Translations under genes and position numbers: made by a program | Notes under the pieces: generated by a model | Told to the model about the DNA's origin: nothing | Seen by the model: only the letters and a program-made list of their open reading frames with translations | Databases searched by the model: none | Source of the DNA: Chitinophagales bacterium | GTDB taxonomy: Bacteria > Bacteroidota > Bacteroidia > Chitinophagales > JADIYW01 | Assembly (NCBI GenBank): GCA_044357355.1 | Contig: JBIKPT010000003.1 | Coordinates: forward strand, 1-54,596 | DNA: 54,596 nt | Direction: 5' to 3' | Shown here: in pieces, positions 29,337-36,782 of the stretch | Position numbering within the stretch: the first letter of the stretch is position 1 | How the letters are laid out: each line of letters starts with the position of its first letter

Positions 29337-31314
29337 TGGTGGTATCCTTCATCTCAGTAAAGACCTCTTCTTCTATTCGTTCTGTTTTTGGCGGATAGAA
29401 AAAATCTAACGGATATTTTCTTAAGTAGATAAAAAGCAAGTTGGGTAATTTAAATAGTTGTTCTATCTCGATATTTCTGGATTTAATGGCTACATAAAAA
29501 GCGAGTCCAAAGCTTATAATGATATTAAAAAATCCAATACTGAAGATGCCGAGCAGCAGCCAGCCTATACTTGTCAAATCAATGTTGAATAAAGTACTTT
29601 GAAGCGTTACCGCCAACAAGCCCATTGAAAAGGTAACATGTCGGATGTCAAAAGGCAACCCAACTGTTTTTCCAATAAATGCTGCCGTTCCGAGAAAAAT
29701 TCCTATCATCACGTTTCCCATAATGGCACCAAGATTGTGGTTTAAATACGTAGCTATTTTATCCAGCCTTGAAGCACTGAATACAGATTTTAGAAAAGGA
29801 TGTTCGCTAATCCGTTCCGGAATTTTGCTGTAGACAACTTCATTATCGAAATATCCTGCAAAAATTCCTGATAAAAATAAATACATACCTGCAATTCCAC
29901 CATAAAACCAGCATAATGAATGTAAAGGATGCATTTCATCCATGTATTTCAATGCGTGTTTTTCATCCGTTATTGTAGTTCCGGTTAGTAAGCTGAACAA
30001 AAATGCTATTAGCAATGCCATTGGAAAAACTGCTATCAGATTTCCAAGTACGGAAATAAATTGACTTCTGCTGACTTTTGCCATTAACAATGCTTCGCTG
30101 TATAAATTAGTTTTACTTTTCCTGTTGTCTAATGCACTTGCAAGAGCAGAAGCAGTCATTGCAGGTTGTTTGGTCGCAACGGAAAATCCCGTCAGGTGAA
30201 TGGCGATGAATCCAATGCCATAAATTAAACTGTAGCAAACAGCCATCCAAAAGTCTGTTATTGGCAGTTTGCCGGCAAAAATCTTTATCACAACTAAAAA
30301 TGCGATGACGACACCACCTCCAAATGCTGCCTTGAAAAATTGCAAATATTCTTTTTTATCATTCGTGATATAATGTTCGCCAATATTGCCTTTGTGTTCT
30401 GCTATTTGATAGGCGAGGTAGCCAATGTTGGCAGAAAGTAAATAGCCAATATCATTCCGGTGATTTTCATTATAGATGATTTCTTTAAAGAATTCAACTA
30501 TTCGATGACTGTCAAATTCCTTTTCATCTACTATGTCAATTAAAATTTTAAGACGGTTGATCTTGTTTTCAATCCTGTTTAATAAATAAGATTGTTTAAG
30601 ACTCGTCCCGTAAATCAGGGTGTTTTTTCTGATGGTCGTTATATTATCAAGACACTGGTTCAGCATCACCAGCAAATGGCTGAGCGTATCCGGTTGGTGG
30701 TTTTCTGAAAGTGCAGCATTTTCCACATTTTCAATAAATACGGCAACTTCCTTATTCTGTTCAATAAACGGAGAAATGATTTCGTCATTCACCATAAATC
30801 TGGCACTTAATTCTTCGTCCAGACCGAGTGCAGCAATTTGATACGAAAGAATCGTGAACATACTGAGCAGTACATTTCTGAAATTTTCCTGCATAAAAGC
30901 ATTATTGATTCCGGACAACGAGAACAATTCCAGCCATACGTCATTTGGAACGGCTGTCACCCATCTGTAATCATCTTTTTTGTAAAATAAACGCGTGATT
31001 TTGTAATTAATGAAATCTTTGTCTTCCAGTGGCGGAAGTATTTTGTGCTTGATATCTTTAAATAATTGTTGGAATAAGCTATCACTGCTGTAAACACCCA
31101 TATTGTCTGAGAATAAGTGTCTGATATTAGAAGTGAGTAGTAAGTCTTTGCAGTGTTGCTGAAATTCATGTAAGGCATCCGAATTTGCAGACAACCGATT
31201 GATCATGTCGCGTATTTTCTGTTCTGCAGAGGCTGCATCTGATGATTTTTCGGGTCTGATATCCTGTAAAAAGGCATAGAAATAAGTCATGTTTTTACTT
31301 CTATGTGGTTTCAT
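29326..31314 (-). CDS. Gcr/'SpecificRecomb'-family multi-pass membrane protein
   Basis: GEHYIT, ATKQPAMTASALA, RSQFISVLGN, LFLSGIFAGYFDN, GLPFDIRHVTFS; start uncertain (31341/31314/31290). Confidence 0.8.
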   Translation of the reverse strand: MKPHRSKNMTYFYAFLQDIRPEKSSDAASAEQKIRDMINRLSANSDALHEFQQHCKDLLLTSNIRHLFSDNMGVYSSDSLFQQLFKDIKHKILPPLEDKDFINYKITRLFYKKDDYRWVTAVPNDVWLELFSLSGINNAFMQENFRNVLLSMFTILSYQIAALGLDEELSARFMVNDEIISPFIEQNKEVAVFIENVENAALSENHQPDTLSHLLVMLNQCLDNITTIRKNTLIYGTSLKQSYLLNRIENKINRLKILIDIVDEKEFDSHRIVEFFKEIIYNENHRNDIGYLLSANIGYLAYQIAEHKGNIGEHYITNDKKEYLQFFKAAFGGGVVIAFLVVIKIFAGKLPITDFWMAVCYSLIYGIGFIAIHLTGFSVATKQPAMTASALASALDNRKSKTNLYSEALLMAKVSRSQFISVLGNLIAVFPMALLIAFLFSLLTGTTITDEKHALKYMDEMHPLHSLCWFYGGIAGMYLFLSGIFAGYFDNEVVYSKIPERISEHPFLKSVFSASRLDKIATYLNHNLGAIMGNVMIGIFLGTAAFIGKTVGLPFDIRHVTFSMGLLAVTLQSTLFNIDLTSIGWLLLGIFSIGFFNIIISFGLAFYVAIKSRNIEIEQLFKLPNLLFIYLRKYPLDFFYPPKTERIEEEVFTEMKDTTINS

Positions 31315-31395
31315 GTAGTGTGCTTTTTGGTTCAGTATCAATAATTGCTTCTTGTAAAGAACGCTATTTTAAATCAGTGTCATGCCTGAAATAAC

Positions 31396-31869
31396 TTAAT
31401 AATTGTTACTGATTTTTTTAAATTGCATTTCAGAAGATGAAGGTGAAAATAATTTCCAAAATGTGCTATCGGTTTCTTTGTAATGGCGAAGTATAAATAA
31501 AGTGTCACCGCTTTTAAAACCTAATGGACTTGCATCCATTTGAAAGTTATTCAAAAACCGGATACAAATGGAAGAGTCAGCATCATTGGCATCATAAATG
31601 GAGCTTTTATAAAGCTCCGTGTTTTGTTGATTGTTGTAAAATTGCATTTCATAGCTGCCATCCACACTGCGTTTATGAAGTTTTAGAACGAATAGATTTT
31701 CACCGTCTTTCAGTTCATACGAGCCTGTCCAGTCGTAATTAGTATTTAAGCTGCCTTTATCATAGCCTTCACTATCCGTCTGAGCTGTTTGTGCTACGGG
31801 TTTGTTTTGACAAGCCGCTGCACACAAAATAATTCCGATAAAAATCTTATTTAAATTCCTGAATTTCAT
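31396..31869 (-). CDS. Hypothetical lipoprotein
   Basis: MKFRNLNKIFIGIILCAAAC lipoprotein signal from ATG 31869; overlaps end of the upstream gene. Confidence 0.7.
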   Translation of the reverse strand: MKFRNLNKIFIGIILCAAACQNKPVAQTAQTDSEGYDKGSLNTNYDWTGSYELKDGENLFVLKLHKRSVDGSYEMQFYNNQQNTELYKSSIYDANDADSSICIRFLNNFQMDASPLGFKSGDTLFILRHYKETDSTFWKLFSPSSSEMQFKKISNNY

Positions 31870-32260
31870 TGATGAGTGGATCGTTATCCGTGTAAATATA
31901 TTTTGAATCACTGAATGCTAAAATTGGATAGAATATAATAGGTAATAAAATAATACCAATTGTGAAACCGACATCTTTACCAAATGCTCTGGATAAACCA
32001 TGAATGTGTTTGATGCCAAAATAAATGTTTACAAAAGGGATAAAGAAATACAACAACCAGATAGTTGGCTGTTTAGTAATTTGCAATTGTACATAGGCGT
32101 TATAAAATGGAATTAAGCTTTTCCATCCTTCTTGTCCTGCCTTAGTAAATATTTTCCAATGGCAGATAATAAAGAAAACAAAAAATGCAAAGAAAAAAAG
32201 TAAAAAAATGCCCAATCCTGCAACGATGGCAGCAATGGTGCCTGCATCTGAACTTTCCAT
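31847..32260 (-). CDS. DUF5684-type membrane protein
   Basis: WKIFTKAGQEGWKSLIPFYN, IPFVN, LSRAFGKDVGFTIG..LLP.IF..ILAF. Confidence 0.85.
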   Translation of the reverse strand: MESSDAGTIAAIVAGLGIFLLFFFAFFVFFIICHWKIFTKAGQEGWKSLIPFYNAYVQLQITKQPTIWLLYFFIPFVNIYFGIKHIHGLSRAFGKDVGFTIGIILLPIIFYPILAFSDSKYIYTDNDPLINEIQEFK

Positions 32261-32379
32261 AGATTATAATTTTAACACAATATAATAATAAGTTGTTATT
32301 TCACCAATCATTGTTGTACGAATTTATTGCTTCAAAATCACTATTTTTGCTGCCGAATAATCAGCACGATTACAAAGTT

Positions 32380-33450
32380 ATGTTAGACAAGTTAGAACTT
32401 ATTTATTTCAGGTATAAAGATTTAGAATCACAGCTCGGCGACCCTGGTGTGGTGAGTGATATGCAAAAATTTAAGAAAACATCTAAAGAATATAAAGATT
32501 TAGAGCCTATCGTAAACGCGTATCTGGAATATAAGAACCTGTTTTCTAATATTGATTTTAATAAGCAGGTTTTAGCAGAGGAGAAAGATGCAGAAATGCG
32601 CGAGATGGCAAAAGCGGAATTGGACGAACAGCTGGAACAATTGCCCAAATTAGAAGAGGATATCCGGTTTCTGTTAATTCCTAAAGATCCGGAAGACGAC
32701 AAAAATGCCATTTTGGAAATTCGCGCCGGAACCGGTGGTGATGAAGCCAGTATTTTTGCAGGTGATTTATTGCGTATGTACTTAAAATACTGTGAAAACA
32801 AAGGCTGGACGACGGAAATAATGAACGAAAACGCTGGAACGGCAGGTGGTTTTAAAGAAGTAGTCGTGGAGGTTTCCGGTGATGGTGTATACGGTGTCTT
32901 GAAATATGAATCAGGTGTGCATCGTGTGCAGCGCGTACCGGAAACGGAATCGCAGGGACGTGTACATACGTCTGCAGCATCCGTTGCCGTATTGCCGGAA
33001 GCAGAAGAAGTAGACGTAGATATCAATCCTGCCGATATAAAGAAAGACGTATATAGAGCATCCGGTGCAGGCGGACAGCACGTAAATAAAACGGAATCTG
33101 CCGTTCGTTTAACGCATATACCAACCAATACTATTGCAGAATGTCAGGACGGACGTTCGCAGCATAAAAACTACGAAAGCGCCATGAAGGTATTGCGCAC
33201 ACGTTTATATGAAAAAGCATTGGCAGTTCATAACGAAGCCATTGCCAAGCAAAGAAAAACACTAGTAAGTACCGGTGACAGAAGTGCCAAAATCAGAACA
33301 TATAATTATCCGCAAGGCCGTGTTACCGATCATCGTATCAACTTAACGATGTATAATTTAGGTGAAATTATGAACGGCGATTTGCAGTCTATCATCGATA
33401 AACTCAACTTTGAGGAAAATGCCGAGAAACTGAAAGTGGGTGGATTGTAA
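32380..33450 (+). CDS. prfA: Peptide chain release factor 1
   Basis: EIRAGTGGDEA, ESGVHRVQRVPET (PxT anticodon loop), GAGGQHVN, IRTYNYPQGR; start ATG 32380; TATTTTTG box at 32342. Confidence 0.98.
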   Translation: MLDKLELIYFRYKDLESQLGDPGVVSDMQKFKKTSKEYKDLEPIVNAYLEYKNLFSNIDFNKQVLAEEKDAEMREMAKAELDEQLEQLPKLEEDIRFLLIPKDPEDDKNAILEIRAGTGGDEASIFAGDLLRMYLKYCENKGWTTEIMNENAGTAGGFKEVVVEVSGDGVYGVLKYESGVHRVQRVPETESQGRVHTSAASVAVLPEAEEVDVDINPADIKKDVYRASGAGGQHVNKTESAVRLTHIPTNTIAECQDGRSQHKNYESAMKVLRTRLYEKALAVHNEAIAKQRKTLVSTGDRSAKIRTYNYPQGRVTDHRINLTMYNLGEIMNGDLQSIIDKLNFEENAEKLKVGGL

Positions 33451-33535
33451 CTAGTTTGCAGTTGGCAAATGATTAATTTGCAAATTTTCTATGTTGTAGT
33501 TCTTGCTAACTGATATTTTGCGAACTGTCAACAAC

Positions 33536-34255
33536 TTACCTCAGTACTTCACTTAATATTCCTGGAGACTTTAAATTCGAAAAATCAGCTATGTGCCAGC
33601 GAAAATAGAGCAGCATTTTTTCCAGTAAAATTTTTCGTTCGGCATTAGTTAGTTTCAATTCATTCTTTTCATAATAGACAGCCATCATTTTTTTTAGCGT
33701 GTTGGTTTCCTGTGCATCCAGCATATTGGTAGAAGTTATGGTGTCTTCAAATCTGCCACTTTCCAGATTGAAGTATGTGCCATGTAAGATGTTTTGAAGC
33801 GAAGGTTCAAATCCAAGAATACTTGCCGTTTCGAGCAGAAAGAATAAAGGTTTATTTTCAATGCTGTCAGTTTCAGCATCCAGTTCCATCAGAAATAAAG
33901 AAACATAATCGTAGAGTCGTTCATTTATTTCGTGTTCTTTCACGCATTTGGAAATCAACTCTATACAAAAAACAGCGACACTTTGTTTGGCAAAATCAAG
34001 GTGCAGGTGCTTATAGATATAACTGGTAGAATATTCTTTAATACGATTCAGGTTGCGTTGTTCCTTCAGGTAAATTTCCATGTTCAGCATATTTAACGGC
34101 TGAATCATATTTCCTTTTTGCTTGCTTCTTGAACTTCGAATGCCTTGTACAATAAAACTTAACATTCCATATTTTTTAGTAAAAATGGAAGTTATAACAC
34201 TCGACTCGGAGTATTTGGTGGTTTTCAGAACGATACCTTCTGTTTTGTCGAGCAT
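33536..34255 (-). CDS. recO: DNA repair protein RecO
   Basis: TEGIVLKTTKYSESSVI..IFT..YG, QPL, ILGFEP, F.LESG.F, LKS..IL.EV. Confidence 0.93.
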   Translation of the reverse strand: MLDKTEGIVLKTTKYSESSVITSIFTKKYGMLSFIVQGIRSSRSKQKGNMIQPLNMLNMEIYLKEQRNLNRIKEYSTSYIYKHLHLDFAKQSVAVFCIELISKCVKEHEINERLYDYVSLFLMELDAETDSIENKPLFFLLETASILGFEPSLQNILHGTYFNLESGRFEDTITSTNMLDAQETNTLKKMMAVYYEKNELKLTNAERKILLEKMLLYFRWHIADFSNLKSPGILSEVLR

Positions 34256-34379
34256 AGTGTAAATATAATTTTTTGAGACCGGATACTATATCTAAATACA
34301 GAAAAATGTATCTGTGGTTCTCAAAATTTTATTGTCTTTTTAAGAAACATTTGTATCTTTATAAAACTAATTACAGAAG

Positions 34380-34598
34380 ATGAAAAAAAATCAGTTGTTC
34401 GTTTTATTGTCGTTTATCGTATTGTTAAGTGCAATGTCCTGCAATAAAACCTGGGATTGTGTGTGTTCATCATCAGGAACAGTCGTACAGGTAAAACCTA
34501 TAAAATCATTAGGTAAATGGGGCGCAAAGAGTGTATGTAATTCCTATCAGGAAGAAAACAACAGAAATGGTGCAAGACAAGTTTGCGTTATAAAGTAA
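34380..34598 (+). CDS. Small Cys-rich lipoprotein
   Basis: MKK + hydrophobic stretch + AMSC lipobox; CxC...C...C; TATCTTTA box upstream. Confidence 0.75.
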   Translation: MKKNQLFVLLSFIVLLSAMSCNKTWDCVCSSSGTVVQVKPIKSLGKWGAKSVCNSYQEENNRNGARQVCVIK

Positions 34599-34658
34599 TT
34601 AAACCAGTTTTGAAATATCAGCAGCTATTTTTTTTGTAGTTGTTTAAAAATGCAATCG

Positions 34659-35951
34659 CTATTTCGAATTCATCAAATACTCAATTTCTTCCACTTCTAC
34701 AGGAATATCAGCCATTAGATCTATTACACCATTTTCTGTAATTAAAATATCATTTTCAATTCGGATACCGAGTTTCTCTTCAGGAATGTAAATGCCAGGT
34801 TCGCAGGTAAACACATTGCCCGCTTGCATCGGCGCATACCGATTGCCAATATCATGTACATCTATGCCTAGAAAATGCGAAGTGCCGTGCATGAAATATT
34901 TTTTGTATAGAGGATTGTCTTTGTCTTGCTTCGCAACCGCATCTTTATCCAGTAAGCCTAGCCCAATTAATTCGGCTTCCATGATGTTGCCCACTTCTTT
35001 ATTGTATTCGGCTAAAATAACACCTGGTTTCAGCATCGTTTTTGCCTGTTTCATTACACGTAAAACAGCATTATAGACCTCTTTTTGTCGCTGTGTAAAT
35101 CTGCCGTTTGCCGGAATGGTTCTCGTTAAATCAGCTGCATAATTGGCATATTCTGCACCGAAGTCCATCAATACTAAGTCGCCGTCGTTGCAGACTTTAT
35201 TATTTTCGATATAATGCAAGACGCATGCATTATACCCGCTTGCAATGATTGGTGTATAGGCGTGGTTGGTGGCACGCTGACGAATAAATTCGTGAATGAT
35301 TTCTGCTTCAATTTCATATTCCATCACGCCTGGTTTCATAAACGTAAGTACACGTTTAAAGGCATCGCGCGTTATGTTGCAGGCTTGTTTAATTAAGTCC
35401 ACTTCCACAGGATGTTTCACACTGCGCAACTTCGCCATGATTGGACCGAGTCTTTTTATTTCGTGACCAGGATAGTTATATTTTAATTCATTGGCAAAGC
35501 GAATATCTTTATACGGAACCTGATTTTCACTTCTGTCGTTTTCATTTATGTTTACGAATACTTTATCGCAATACGTCATCAAACTTTTTAGGGCAACTTC
35601 AAAACTTTCGTCCCAGAAAATCTGCTGAATACCGGATGCTTCACGTGCTTCAGGCATGGTATATTTATGGCCTTCCCAAACGGCAATGACTTCGTTGGTT
35701 TTTCTTAAAAATAAGGCTTCACGATACAAAGGATTTGGACAATCCGGATAAATAATCAACGCCGTTTTTTCCTGATCGATGCCACTTAACCAAAACAAAT
35801 CCGGATTTTGACGAAACACAAATGCCTGATCGGCACTGCGCGGCATTTCATCGCTTGCCAATAAAATGGCCATCGAATTTGGTGGCAATTCAGCAATGAA
35901 TTTTTTACGATTATCTATAAAAAGTTGAGAATTGATGGGTAAGTATTTCAT
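34659..35951 (-). CDS. pepP: Xaa-Pro aminopeptidase (M24B)
   Basis: FRQNPD..WLSG, LRSVK, LMDFGAE, YAADLTRT, HGTSHFLGIDVHD, TCEPGIY, GIRIEND. Confidence 0.95.
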   Translation of the reverse strand: MKYLPINSQLFIDNRKKFIAELPPNSMAILLASDEMPRSADQAFVFRQNPDLFWLSGIDQEKTALIIYPDCPNPLYREALFLRKTNEVIAVWEGHKYTMPEAREASGIQQIFWDESFEVALKSLMTYCDKVFVNINENDRSENQVPYKDIRFANELKYNYPGHEIKRLGPIMAKLRSVKHPVEVDLIKQACNITRDAFKRVLTFMKPGVMEYEIEAEIIHEFIRQRATNHAYTPIIASGYNACVLHYIENNKVCNDGDLVLMDFGAEYANYAADLTRTIPANGRFTQRQKEVYNAVLRVMKQAKTMLKPGVILAEYNKEVGNIMEAELIGLGLLDKDAVAKQDKDNPLYKKYFMHGTSHFLGIDVHDIGNRYAPMQAGNVFTCEPGIYIPEEKLGIRIENDILITENGVIDLMADIPVEVEEIEYLMNSK

Positions 35952-35956
35952 GTAAT

Positions 35957-36040
35957 AATTATAGAATTAATGAATAGTTGAATAACAGAATAAAGGTATA
36001 AAAATATTCTGCAATTCTCTAATTCAACAATTCAGTAATT
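35957..36040. repeat. Inverted arrays of 8-bp AATnnnnG units (4 + 4)
   Basis: AATTATAG AATTAATG AATAGTTG AATAACAG ... ATTCTGCA ATTCTCTA ATTCAACA ATTCAGTA. Confidence 0.65.
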
Positions 36041-36042
36041 AG

Positions 36043-36699
36043 TTAAGCTCTTGCCATCTGCTTATTGATATCTTTCAGGTGTTTTTTGATTTCTTCGTTT
36101 TTCACCTTTAATAAATTGGCGCGGCGCAGGTATTCTTTTGATACTTTTATTTCTCTGCGTTGTGCATAAATAGTGCATATTTGAAGGTAGGCTGTTGCTA
36201 GGTTATCGTCGTCCGGCAAGCCTTTCTGTACGGCGATTTTTAAATTTTTAAGCGCTTCTTTGTTGTCGCCTTTTTGCAAAGCAATACCACCTAGTTGTAA
36301 ATACGATACGCCTTCCTGAGAAGAACCTAACATATCGCTCTTGTTGGCTAAGCTTTTACGGATATTGGCTTCTGCAGCATCCAAATCCTGATTAGCCATA
36401 TCGAAATTAGATTGCAGCATATAGTAACCCTGACGAACAGGTTTTATCAGCAATTTTGGAAATTTAATCCAGCTCATCACTTCTTTGGCACCTTCTATGT
36501 CACCGGATTCTACTTTATTTTGTAAGTATCGCATAGGTCCGATAAAAATATCAAACGCAATAATTGTGACAGAAACAAGGTATAACAAGATGGACCATTG
36601 CCAGCCTTTGTGCACAAAAATATGCAACAGAATGCCAATGGCTAAAATTACAAAGGAGGCATAAAAACGATATTTGACAAATAATTTCTGGAAATCCAT
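36043..36699 (-). CDS. Membrane-anchored TPR protein
   Basis: Two N-terminal TM helices; TPR-like YLQLGGIALQKGDNKEALKNLKIA, AYLQICTIYAQ. Confidence 0.8.
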   Translation of the reverse strand: MDFQKLFVKYRFYASFVILAIGILLHIFVHKGWQWSILLYLVSVTIIAFDIFIGPMRYLQNKVESGDIEGAKEVMSWIKFPKLLIKPVRQGYYMLQSNFDMANQDLDAAEANIRKSLANKSDMLGSSQEGVSYLQLGGIALQKGDNKEALKNLKIAVQKGLPDDDNLATAYLQICTIYAQRREIKVSKEYLRRANLLKVKNEEIKKHLKDINKQMARA

Positions 36700-36782
36700 A
36701 TTCTTTTAAATTGAACTGCAAAAATAGCCTTTTTTAAAGTAAGTAACAAGAAATAAGTCAGGAGAAAAATGAAGCCACATTT

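Noticed and set aside
29326-31341. Treating the Gcr-family gene as evidence of a mobile element or invertible region
   Set aside because: No recombinase catalytic motifs, att sites or inverted repeats; flanking genes are ordinary
11187-36040. CRISPR, DGR or retron interpretation of the repeats
   Set aside because: No regularly spaced 25-45-bp repeats with unique spacers, no cas or reverse transcriptase gene, and no template/variable repeat pair seen
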